DNA of 64,000 nucleotides from Octopus vulgaris (taxonomy: Eukaryota): contig OX597820.1 of assembly GCA_951406725.2 (NCBI GenBank), forward strand, positions 127,348,001-127,412,000, in the 5' to 3' direction. The translations under genes were made by a program, and so were the position numbers. Of the stretch, positions 49,270 through 62,104 are shown one piece after another. The notes beneath the pieces are model-generated. The model was given only the letters and a program-made list of their open reading frames with translations. It ran no database searches and was not told where the DNA came from. Numbering within the stretch: position 1 is the first letter of the stretch; each line of letters starts with the position of its first letter.

Positions 49270-51864
49270 TTGATAAAAGAGACAGAGAGAGAGTATGTGT
49301 GCTATGTGAATAATTGAAATAATATATATGTCAATTCAGTTTTGTTGAACTAAAAACCACAAATACTACTAACTGATAGGGCTCAACCACTTTTTTTGTT
49401 TCTGAAGATAAAAACCTCCATATTTACGACTTAATATAAGTTACTCATATAAATGAACTAATATGAATTAAATATGACTGAGAAAGATGTGTGTCAGTGT
49501 GTCTACTCAACAGACAGGTAGCAATCAAAGGAAGAGTATTTTTCAATACAGTAGTTTTTAAACTCCAATAGAAAATTTTTTTAAATTTCATTTTATTTTA
49601 TTATTTTTGTGAATTAGCTCTGTTTATATCTGTAGCAAGCTTTTTTTTTTTTTTTTCCAATTATTTTCATTTTCACCTTCAATGTGGCAAATTTTTTTTT
49701 TTTAAATTTACCTCTAAAAATTACGGCCAAAATCTTTTACATCTAAAGAAATATATAAACTTTATTTAAATAATGTATTTAGGTTGTGCTTTATGGCATG
49801 TCTGCTTTACTTTTTGGTAACGAACTAATGAAAGTTAATGCTGTTCAACATCTTGATTTCACACAAGTTTCAGAAATTGGATTGATGAAACTATAACATT
49901 GCAGGCACAAGATCTTATTTATTTGTGTATTTTATTTTATAGTTCTCCCCACCAGGGAAAAATAGATTTCTAAGCTATAGATAATATATAAATAATTTGA
50001 TTTTTCCTACTCGGAAAAATATTTAATACTTTCTAGTTAGAAATAATTTCCATTTTTGTGAATTTTTCTCCAATTTTCTCAGTTTATTATAAATTTGTTT
50101 CTGAAATAAATTCAACAAAAAATTCTTTTCTTTTGAAATTTTCCATGTGGCAAATTTAAACAGGCCTTGGCAACTTGCTTTACTGTGATGGTAGAAGTAT
50201 TTGTGATGTACCTGCTGGATGAAACAAGAAAAATTTGTTAACTTCTATTTTTTAAATCCACTTGTTATTTCTTCATATGTTTTATATCTATTGTTCTAAG
50301 ATTTGTAGTAGAATTTTCTCTTAAGCCAATAACATTAATTTACTTGCTCCAAAATATTTTCTGAAAGCTTCAAGTTTTTATCTAAGGAGGCATGAGGCCA
50401 CAGATTTGTAGAAAATGATAATGGGACTGCATAATGTTTTCGTCTTCCCCTCAGGGACATCAATAATTTAAGTCACATGAACTGACAATTAAAAATCCGA
50501 GCTGATTGAACATGCAAGGAAATTATTCTCTCATGGAAATTTTTTGATGTCTTGGAAAAGCTAAAAGTTAGAATTATTATAGTGAAAAAGTTGGTTTAAC
50601 AAATTTCAACACTATTCAGGGTTTTTTGTTTCTTTTTTTCTTTTCACCTTTTTGTTAAGGTTCTAACAAGAATAACTTCTTTCATATGTTCAGAGGGGAA
50701 GTAAATTAAAATAAGTGCCTCTAATGTATTGGGGCCAATTTCATTTATGTCTCTCCTCTTCAAGAATTAACCTGTTAAAGAGAAGTGAAGGATATCATTG
50801 AGGTGACAGAAACTGTATAGTGCCAAACCAAATTCCTTACCATATTTCATTTCACTTCTTGGTTCTGAGTTCAAAAGTCAGTAATGTTGACTTTGCCATT
50901 CAACACTTTGGGATTGACTTAAAATGTTAACATGCATGCCCATGTATTTATTAAGTCACTGTACTTTTCCCTTCAAATGGATGACCATGAACCAAAGACA
51001 AAATTCATGTTTGTGGTCACCCAACTTGCTAGTAACACCAACTAAGTCCCCCTTGGATCACTCATTACCATCTTAGAAAATTTTTGAAAGAAAGTCACAT
51101 TGGATAATGTCTTCCTAAATATAATATGTCTATGAAAAAAAATGCAGAATGGCCACAGTAAGAATGTCTTTGATCATAAGTTTACTCAATCAGTTCAAGC
51201 CTTGGGCTAAACAATAGCAGCATTTTATGGCCTTTGCGTCAATGTAAGACATAATTAGGGCAGTGATAGAGTTGTATCCATCTAGTAGTGTTTCTCTTAC
51301 TACCTTCCAATGTTTAATCCCTGGTACAGATGGCTCTACCATCCATCCTCAAATCATTGAATAAAGTACCAGTAATATACTTACACAAATTCAATTCAGT
51401 ATATGTCTCCTGCAAAATATATCCCCACTGCCTTACTAAAAAAAGATCCTTATTTACAAGTTTAATGGAGAGCTGATCTAGATGCTGTCTGCTTTGTTAT
51501 GTCACTGTATCTGAGTTGTTAATCAATTCTGGTCTGCTTGTGTTAAGCCTAAAGAGGTAATCTAATCTAAAGCTAAAATTTAGCTGGAAGTTTCAGCAAA
51601 TCGCTCAAGGAGTTTTAAGATGTGTGCCATGTCAGAAGTTGAACTGTCTACTCTCAATCAATATTCTAGCCATAACCATCCCATATTTCTTGTGGGATTT
51701 GTTGCCCAAAACTTTAGGGACTTAAAGCAAAGAATGTTTGTGGAGCAAGTTTTGGCTGCTACTATGCACTGGTAGAAAGTGTGTGTGTGTGTGTGTGTGT
51801 GCGTGCATACACGTGTGTGATATGAAAGTTCATTGTATATATTTGGAGATTTGGTTTGATTCTT

Positions 51865-52070
51865 AAGTGTTGAGGAATTCTGCTGTGATGGTCTTTTTAT
51901 GGACAAAACCAACCTGCAGGAGACACAGGAGTAGACCACAGATACGGGCATCCAATCCAGCCAGATCAATTGGAGACTGTTGCTTCTGACAGGACCTGAA
52001 CAAAGCTGTGCGTGAGGACTCTGCCCCTACAATCCTCTCAGGATTAAGTGGGCTAAGATGAGATATGATA
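51865..52070 (+). mobile_element. degenerate RTE-like LINE C-terminal fragment
   Basis: WTKPTCRRHRSRPQIR and LETVASDRT resemble the R.RGRP..RW and A.DR..W end of RTE ORFs. Confidence 0.5.
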
Positions 52071-55000
52071 GAAATAAGTAGTTGTAATATATTCAAGATT
52101 AGGTTTATGAATTATAATCCCTCCCTTATAAAATCAAAAGAGATACGCATACGCAAAGAGAGAGAGGGAGTTATATTTATTATCATGGTTTACAAGTTAA
52201 TACACGTACTTTTCTCATATCTGTAATGAAAGACATACATAAACCATTTCAATGTCCACACTGAACATTATGAGATAAGTGGCCACGTAGACAATCATAT
52301 TGACTGGCTGGTTTACTGCATAAAACTCTTCAGTATACATCATAGAAAACAACCTTTTCTTTTAACAACTATTTAACCTCCATCTCTGTGTATTTTCATT
52401 TGATGTGGCAGTGTAGTTGGGTTTTGTTACTGTACTAATACTGTTGCAGATAAAATGTAAAACTGTTATTGTCTTTTAGCTTTGATATATTTTGCATTGG
52501 AAAAGGAAAAAAAATAAATGCTTCTATTTCATATATTTCAAGTTGGTGTGTGAACTAAACAAACAAAATAAAACAAAAAGAAATACATAAGAGGATTAGA
52601 GAAAAGGCCCTTATAATAAGTATTTTACACTCTTCAAGGAATTTTTTTGTTTTCCTTCCCCCCACCCCCCATTTGAAAACTGATTAAACATTGCTGTAAA
52701 TTACTTTAGTCTAATTCAGTTTCAATTATTGTTATTGCTGTTGATAAAATACAATAAGTGAATACATTAGGTGGATCAGTTTCTGAAGGCTGCTGACAAT
52801 TTTGTTTCAACAGTTCTCTCATTGTTTAATTTAGCTTCATTTATTTGTCTCAAATTATACTATGCTGATGATTGCAAAGAAGGATGAAATAGTACTGCCA
52901 ACAACTAGAAACTTTAAAACTTTTATAATGTGTTGAAGAAAAAGAAAATTAATGGATAAACTATGTACACATTCTTTACTCTTTGATGTAAATTTCTAAC
53001 TTTCAGACCTACCTCAACTTAACTTAATCTTAGAAGGGATGGTCTCCTCTAGGGTAGTTGACTACCAGCAATACACCACATGTTCTTTTATTGTCTTTTT
53101 AAACTTTTACAACTATCTTCTTTTCCATTAATATAGTGATTTTTATTTCCCCACAACCATTGACACACAAAGTGCATCTCACAAATGCAAACTCATAAGA
53201 TGGTTGTGATCTGTAAACAGTTTTTGAGTAGAAACCGGAAAGAGAAGTATGAACATGCAATGTGCATCTACTCACTGAATTCATAAAACAGAAAGGAAGA
53301 ATAAAATCATATGATGGTCTGCAAGCCACACTTGACACCACTATCATGTGGCTTTGCTGCAATTTTTTTTTTTTTTTTTTTTTTGTTAAGGTAGAAATAT
53401 CATTGGATTGTATTGAACATTTTAATGGAAGAAATAATGTGATATAGTTTGGTTGTATTTATATTTATTTTGCTCTCAATATTTGGAGTGTTTTATTTGA
53501 ATTAGAATTCTTCAACACATTGTTATGACATATTCTTATTGGTCGAGCCACTGCTCATCACACTTTGCTTTATTCATTATTACATCTTTTCATTTCTTTT
53601 CCTTCTCATTTTTCCCCCTCTACTTTTCTACCATTGCTTGCTATCTTTGTTCGAAGTTCTCTCTTTCTATTAGCCATATTCTCTTCCTCTCACTCATATT
53701 CTCTCTGGGTTTTTTTTGTCCTCTTCCCATCTTTCTTTGTTTCTCTTATTTCCTTACACCCCACCCCCATAAGTTCTCTTCATCTTGTTTTCATTCTTCT
53801 CTTCCTACCTTTTAATCATGTCTCTCATATGCTACCTTTTTTCATGCTAAATTTGTTTTTCCACCATAAACAAGATAAAAAATTCACTTGTCATTTTTAC
53901 AGTTACCAAACTGTGTGTGTGTACCGATACTTAATGTTAACAGGTTTATTCTATGATTTGTCTCTTCTCTGTAATCTCTGGAGGGGAGAAAAAAAGCCCT
54001 CGGCTGTCACTAATGGATTTTATTGATAACAAAAGGAACTCATTAGAAAAAGTTAACAATTAGCTTTGCACTAATTGTTTCTGCCCTAACTATTCATACT
54101 TAACCAAGGAAAAAAAATGGTTTTTCATGAACATTCTGGGAATCTCTTTAATTTATATATCAACAAGATATAATGTTTATAGAAATTTCCCAGTAGTGCT
54201 ACAGGTTTGGTTCTGTTTTGAAAAAAAAAACGAAATTGACTAAGTTTCGACTAAAATATCTAAAATTTTTGTTTTAGTTGAGTGAGGAAACTTCTACAAC
54301 CATAAATTGTATCATCCTTTTCTTCATGTCTCTGGTGATTTTTGCAGCTTAATCAAAAATTTGATTATTTGCTTTGCAAAGCGCTTAAACGAAATTTATT
54401 ATAATTGATGTTGCCATTGATATTGTTTGTGGCAAATAATGTAGGGAAAAGAAATAAACTGCTGGTATTCAGGGCAACAATATAGTTACGGTAGGTTTTC
54501 AGCTCTCATTGAAACTATTCTATTTCATTGATGCTCCTACAAGGCATGAATGTCACAGCATTCTGTCTGTCTTCTATCTATTAAGAAAATTTTTTATTGA
54601 AAAAGAAATAAAAATCACTGTACTTGTAATCATTGAGTACCTAGCACACACTGTCAAGTGTCTGGCAATAGGAAAGGCATCCAGCCATGGAAACCTAGCC
54701 AAATCAGACTGGAGCCTGGTGCAGCTCTAGACAAACTGTCCAACCCAGGCCAGCATGAAAAACGGACGTTAAAGCATGATAATGAGGAGGAGGAGGATAT
54801 AGAACGAATGGTAGGTTGCAATGCTTACTTGTTGCCACTTCACTGAATTCTTTCATGTAGCTTTAGCACCATTAGGTAGGTACTAATTTTCCATATTGTC
54901 GTCCATTACACCTGTATTAGTCTCTAGTTATGTCTGTAAACAAATCGGAGCTGTAGAATTCCGTAATTTGTAGAGTGTCTGGCTAAATTGTAGCCTGTGC

Positions 55001-55541
55001 GATTAAGTTGTATTCTGAACGCAAAACCTTCTATGAAATAAGTATTGCTAATATACTATGGATAATTCCTTCAGCTATACCCATGCCTCAAAAATATGTG
55101 GTGTAGTGCCAAAGAGAACGTTGTTATTAATGGTAAGCTTATGGCAGCAAGCTGGCAGAATTGTTAGCATGCCAGACAAAACTCAGCAGCTGAGATTGAC
55201 TTTGTCTTTCATTCTTGCTGAGGTGGTAAAATAAGTATCAGTTTAGCGCTGGGGTTGACATAATCAACCTCTTCCCTCCCCTAAAATTGCTGGCCTTGTG
55301 ATTTAATATCAGAGGTATTAATGAACTCTCTAGAATAGAAGTATCGGTGATCTAAGTCTGTATTGTAACTGTTTAAGCAGAGAAATTGGTGAACTAAATT
55401 TATATAATACCATTTACAGACAGTGGTGGATTGAGCCTGTATAAAACGATTATAGCATTTTAGTTTCATAAATAGAGTATAATCATTGCAATTTCGTTTT
55501 GCTCCTCAAGTAATTCAAGGTTCCATTACTAAATTAAGGAA

Positions 55542-55634
55542 GGCGGAGGTAAAGAATACGTACACCACCCGTTTTCGGCGTAACAAAAACCCTAACCCCC
55601 TAAACACCGGGGGTACATATTCTTTACTTTCGCC
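55542..55634. mobile_element. 93-bp MITE with imperfect TIRs and 8-bp TSD
   Basis: ggcggaggtaaagaatacgtac / gtacatattctttactttcgcc; flanks TTAAGGAA and TCAAGGAA. Confidence 0.75.
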
Positions 55635-56319
55635 TCAAGGAATATTGCAGAGGTGTACTTGCAAAGCATGGTCTCAGATCAAATAATTTGCTTTGCAACT
55701 AAAACGATTACAGCATGGAAGAGACGGGGTAGCCATTAAAAAACACACGAAGACTCCTAATTTCATTAAAATATTTCTAATTGGTTCCGTGGTGTCCACG
55801 TCTTCGGTGCTCGAACCGCGACCTCGTTACTCTCAACGTTTAAACTAATACGTTGGAAGTATTTGTCTCTTCTGAGTTCAAATTCTGCTTCGTTCCTCCA
55901 CCATCAATAAAATAAGTCCTAAGGGTAAACCGAGACGGATGCCAGGAATAATAATATTCCTCTGCTTCGAAATTGTCTTTGAAAGAAAAAAAAAAGAGAT
56001 AAAACCAAGAATGGTTTCGAAGTCGAATGTTTTTTTGTTATAATCTATTTTTTTCTTCGTCATTAGATTTGGGGAAATACATTAATGTAATTGTCTCTCA
56101 TTACATATACGTTGTTTTTAAGGATTTTTTTTTTTCTTTAATTGATTTGTATCCAAATTTCACGGCTAAAAAAAACGGATTCTTTTGACTGCAGCAGTTA
56201 AGGGACGTAACTTCTGTTTGACTAGCTTAATTGTAAAGTTGTCTCTCTTGACAACCTTCAGCAGGTTCGCTTCACGTCGATCTTTTTCAGATGATCTACT
56301 TTTATAAATATTATTTGTT

Positions 56320-56706
56320 GGCTGTGTGGTAAGTAGCTTGTTTACCAACCACATGGTTCTGGGTTCAGTTCCACTGCGTGGCACCTTGGGCAAGTGTCTT
56401 CTACTATAGCCTCGGGCAGACCAAAGCCCTGTGAGTGGATTTGGTAGACGGAAACTGAAAGAAGCCCGTCGTATATATGTATATATATATGAGTGTTTGT
56501 GTGTCTGTGTTTGTCCCCCTAGCATTGCTTGACAACCGATGCTGGTGTGTTTATGTCCCCGTTACTTAGCGGTTCAGCAAAAGAGACCGATAGAATAAGT
56601 ACTGGGCTTACAAAAGAATAAGTCCCGGGATCGAATTGCTCGATTAAAGGCAGTGCTCCAGCATGGCCGCAGTCAAATGACTGAAACAAGTAAAAGAGTA
56701 AAGTAA
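56320..56706 (+). mobile_element. tRNA-derived CORE-type SINE, family B, nearly full length
   Basis: ggctgtgtggtaag (A box), gggttcagttcc (B box), CORE-like accttgggcaagtg, internal TA/TG tract, tail ctccagcatggccgcag...gactgaaacaagtaaaagagtaa. Other copies near 4170, 15170, 18240, 41090 (+) and 9690, 38860 (-). Confidence 0.85.
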
Positions 56707-57067
56707 ATTCAATATAACCTGAAGAATTTACTTTACAGGCACGTATTTGAGAGTTTCGACATTGTCACGAAATAGCCGCCACTTCTCCCTCAAATCACAG
56801 CGTATCCCAATCAAAGCTCAGCGATAGTGATCAATGGGCTAATTATAAGGAAAGTCCTTTTTATGTTTAATTTTCAGCCTCCGTTGTGTTAGTTTTCACG
56901 TCCAGCATAATCCTTGAGGTAGGGTAATCTTGGCATCTGTCCCGTGTATAACGTGTCATGCAGGGCACACCTCTCTGGTTTCTATTTCACATATGATACA
57001 CATTCTCAGTTTTGTTGGGGTTTTTTAACCTCCACAGTAACATAGGACTTATGAAAGGAAAGCATTA

Positions 57068-57477
57068 GGATCTTTTCGGTTTGAACGGCAGTTTTTTTTT
57101 AGCGGTGTCATGTGAAATTGTCACCCATAATTATGACCTTAGTATCGATCTATTGCATTTCAATCTGTTTTAGGGTTAGGGTGGGGGGAAGGGTATCTTT
57201 TTTTCTTCACAAATGTAAATAAACCCAATCTGTTTCTTAAACGAGGGACATATTCATACGGCACAGAATGCTTTTTACCTTAATAGACGTAATTGATTGA
57301 TTGAAATTGCAGAAATTGAAGAAAAAAACAACAAATATCTTACAAGCTATAGAATTTTCTCAATAAAGCCAAGAGAAAATGATGTTTTATAAACACATTC
57401 TACCAGTATACGAAGTTTAAAATTTTTCAGTTACCTTGAAATTATGTTAAAAACTGCCGTTCAAACCGAAAAGATCC
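57068..57477. mobile_element. 410-bp MITE with about 29-bp perfect TIRs and 8-bp TSD (Merlin-like)
   Basis: TIR ggatcttttcggtttgaacggcagttttt / aaaaactgccgttcaaaccgaaaagatcc; perfect TSD AAGCATTA at 57060-57067 and 57478-57485. Superfamily inferred from GG termini plus 8-bp TSD. Confidence 0.9.
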
Positions 57478-57997
57478 AAGCATTATATTACTCAAATCAT
57501 ATGAAACCATGTATGGGCGTTCAGGACAAACTTCAGAAAAGCTTTGGGCAGGCAAATGGTTTGCGAAACTCAACATGAAAACTGCTGTACAATGGAATTG
57601 TAGGCGAATTTGGTAGTAACAACGTCTTGGTTTAAGATGAATTGTCTTAAACTTTTTGGAAACATTTGTGAAATTTAACTTTATTAAATTTTTTCTTTCT
57701 CTTTAATAAAGTTAAGTAATTTTTATATAAATGTTCCTTAAAATATGGAATCTGTTTTAACTTTGCCCCATCAGTGAAAAGTTTGGAAAACTCTGGTTTA
57801 AATACATTGAATGGGGAAAATGAGGTAGACTGGTCTTCAAGCGTTTCTTGAGATTACATGGTTAACGATTCCATCTTTTGAACTTTTTATATGTTGTTGT
57901 TTACTGCTCTGCTCTTTTTGGCTTCATATTGTTGATAGAACTGTCACATTTTACAGTTAGGCCCATCATGGATTTGCACTTTGAACCTAATCTTAAA

Positions 57998-58250
57998 GGC
58001 GCATAGCTTAGTGGTTGGGCTGTTGGACTCCTGGTCATAAGATTGTGATTTCAATTCCTAGACTGGGCGATGTGTTGTGTTCTTGAGCAACACACTTCCT
58101 TTCATGTTGCTCCAGTCCACTCAGCTGGCAAAAGTGAGTAATCTTGTGACAGACCAGTGTCCTGTCCAAGTTGGGAATTTATACGCCATGGAAGCCAGGA
58201 AAGCAACCCTGATGAGTCAGCATGACTCGAGAAGGTAACCTTTACCTTTA
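57998..58250 (+). mobile_element. tRNA-derived SINE, family D
   Basis: ggcgcatagcttagtggtt A box, decayed B box, gtgttcttgagcaacacactt central motif, acctttaccttta tail. Minus-strand relatives near 7560-7765 and 14260-14470. Confidence 0.7.
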
Positions 58251-61200
58251 ATCTTAAAACTACAAGAAAGGTTTATGGTGTACTTAGTTGTTAAGTTGCT
58301 TCCTAGTATTGCTTTTGTCCCTTTTTATCAGTATTCCAAGTTCTCTTCCTCTCAAACACTGAACCTGGCAAAGAATATTTATCTCTGAGATTACCAGCTT
58401 TGCAAGGAAAGAATTTGACATTCATTTATTTGCATGTACTTCAGATTTTTCTCTTTTACCCTGCAACTGGACCAGGGGTTCACCAGTCATGTCTCTAAAG
58501 TGCATATAAGTATCTCTACACGTACAATGTGAGAGCAGATTGAAATAGGAGTGCAAAGAACTATGTCTAAATCTATACATTTTGACACAAAATTTGTGAT
58601 AAGAATTTTTGTTTTGCAGAGCAAACAAGTTCTTTATTCATTAATAGAGTTTGGAGAATAAAAATCTGTGTACACACGTCTTGCTGAAACTGAAGACTTT
58701 TCTGGACACAGTGTCATGGGTAGGAATTAAACTATTTGGTACCAAAAGGTTGCAATTTGTTTTCAATCTGTTTTTTTGATATAAGAATTTATCCCCTCTT
58801 AAACATAGAATTAACTATGCCGCAGTAGTTCCCATGAGAGAAACTTTCATATTCAGTAAAGATAAATATTACCTCAGTATTAATACCGCCTCTGTTGATA
58901 ATACATGTGATATAAGAATCTTACGGTTACCTTATCAGGAAAATATAAGCTCTTAATATTATATGCAATTCTATTCAAATTTCTATCAAATATCATATTT
59001 TAAAGTCCTTGTTCTCTGCGTTCCATCAATTCTCTCCCTCAAAATAGAAATATAAGGAATTGAAAATTGCTGATATTTATGTGTGCACGTTTTTGTTATT
59101 GATAATCAACTGAAGTTACAGAGTGACTCAAGGGCTGATAGTTTCATGCATTGATAAGTGCCAGTGCACAAAACTCAGCCCCTGAGGCAAAAGTATATAT
59201 ACTCATGTTTCAAGTTCTATTTGAACTAAAGGTCTCATGTTTAGCAATGTTTTTACCAATAGGGTTCAGGTTACACAGTAGGTGTGACATGGCTTCAGCT
59301 AGGAATAAAGCAAAAAAAAAGGGGTGGGAAGAATCTGATGCACGCTTGGCTTGTTAACCTCAGTAGCAACTGAAAATAGGATTAATTAAAACCTAAACAC
59401 ACACTCATGCACACCCACCAATCAACCAAACAAAAGTTGCACTTGTTTAATTTCAAAATTCAACAGATTCCAATCTTGATGTGCTTTAAGCTTGTTTGAA
59501 ATGAGTTTTGAGAAAACAACGCATGGCTTAGGAATGGTTGTTGAATTCCTGTATTTGTGAAAATAAAAAAAATGGTGCCTGTTAATTTTCTCTTTTTCTT
59601 TGTATTATTGTTATTATTATTGTTTTTGTTATTATTATTGTTTTTGTTATTATTACTACTACAACTATTAATTTCTAATTAATTGCATGATGTTCAGTTA
59701 GGAATATTCTGAAACTACTTAATGTGAAACATGATTGTATTCTGTAATAAACCTTTATTAGAAGATAAACTGTAAATATTTTTATCGCTGTTAGCTTTTT
59801 AAACAAGAGTAAATAATTCCAGTTTCAGTAATAATTTTTTTTTGTTCTATTTATTTTTATTTTTTACCTTCAATATCACAGAAAATGTTAAAATCTGAAA
59901 ATATTAGGTCTTATACAAGTAGGATAGTACAGGACTTGGATGAATAGAATTACTGTTTATCAGGTCTAATCTAAAATGTGTCGTGATTGAAAATAGAAAC
60001 TATTAAAAGGATTATCATAAATGTAATAGTTACGTACCAAGTGAAGTAATGTTATTTTAGTAATTGTTTATTTCTGAATTTTGTTGTCATATTTTGGTTG
60101 AAATTCTTTCAATCAATCTGAAAACTTATGAAGTATTTTGTAAAGCAACTATGATTATTAATCTGGTGTTTGGAGCAAAAAATTTTTTTTTTATAAAGGA
60201 TTCAAAGTTTATTGTCCATAGAGAAAGCACAAAATTCTTAAAGTCTCTAAATTCCCTGGAATTTAGACCACCACATGGTCCCAGCAGACAATATGGGAAA
60301 TGCATTGCCCCAGATGATGGCAAGGGAGATGCACTGCAGCAGCCACTCTGATTCATGGGGCTCACAGTTGTGAAAGTGAGCTGGGCTGAGAAGGCCAGAA
60401 GTCTCCACTGTCTCAGGTTCAACCATAAACCTGTCGGGTGAAGTTTTAATTTAGATCACTTTAAAAAAAGAAGTTTTTAATCAGGTTGGTTTGTATGAAA
60501 AAGGTGAATGAAGTGACTGAAACAAAATATTAGAGCAAAATGAAGTTGGGCTGAACTGACAACTGCTCAATTCTCTTAGCTATTAGCCATAGTGTTGCTG
60601 CTTAAAATGTTTGTCTATTGCTTGGTTGGAAAAGTAAAGACAGTAATTTGGATTTATTTTTTATTTATTGCAATCCCTCCTTCCAAAAAGAAACCATCTG
60701 CTGACTTTTCCTGGCTCTGTTGGACGACTCTAGCTTTGTTTCAATTAATTTTGCAATTGATGAAGAATTTAGTCAACAAACTTTGTTATTATTAAGATGG
60801 TATTCCGATTCCGAATATAGATTAACATGGAAATAAAATTTGATAAGCAGTTGGAATTTAGATCCCTTTAAAACGGAAAGTTTGTATCATAGAACTGGGG
60901 GGGGGGGTCTCAGGTGAGTTGTTATCAAAAGAACTAATCAATTGTAATAAGACTAGACAAGGTAAATATTTAGTATTTTGAGTGATTTTGTTTCCATGCT
61001 TTATTAACATATCAGGAGTTTTATATCCGATGTGTGCTTGTAAGTGATTAGCTTAATTAATTTTAAATGTTTGTTAGAATCTTAGAAAAAGTGAAAAGCT
61101 AGTTTCAATTGCTGACTGCTGCTTTCTTCTTTGATACTTAAAAAAGAAATAAGACAGTAAATATTAATTTAGTAGTGATAATGTAGTTTTATTGTAATAT

Positions 61201-61437
61201 ATGCTTTTTTGCTGTAGGGTTGTAGCTAAAAGCTTATCTTTTTTGCATTTTTTTTTTTTTTTTTTAGGTAAGAAAGTACTTTAGCTACTGAATTAATATT
61301 TAGGAATGTATAGTGTGTGTGTGTAATTTAGAGAAGAGAACACTCACAAAGAAGCTATTTTGTCAAAAATTAAAATTTATTATTATATCTTACAAAAGTT
61401 CTTAACTAGCCTTTGTTTTTTTAAATGCAATAACTTT

Positions 61438-61853
<416 letters not shown>

Positions 61854-62002
61854 TTGTTTGTTTTTTTGTAATCTCACCTATTTAATAAAATAGTTGACTT
61901 AAATATTATGAACATCAAATTGTATTTTTTTTACGAATTCAAATGACTGACAAAATTCATAAAATCTTTCTATTGCTAATTTCATTCATCTTCTTGTCAC
62001 AG

Positions 62003-62104
62003 GATTCAATACCTTTAAATGACATGGGACCTGGCTATCAAACCCTGGGAGACCAGCGAGGTCATCCAAAATTCACAAATGCTTCTGGGCCAACATCTAG
62101 TCTT
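62003..62104 (+). CDS. CTNND2: delta-catenin-like C-terminal tail exon, phase 0-0
   Basis: CTAAT branch-like motif, cttcttgtcacAG, GTAAGT donor. 102-nt GC-richer open frame DSIPLNDMGPGYQTLGDQRGHPKFTNASGPTSSL. Assignment to the same gene is inferred from strand and position. Confidence 0.75.

Noticed and set aside
56320-56400. tRNA gene
   Set aside because: A/B-box-like head of a SINE that continues into CORE-like and tail sequence; no cloverleaf. Same for the other SINE heads.
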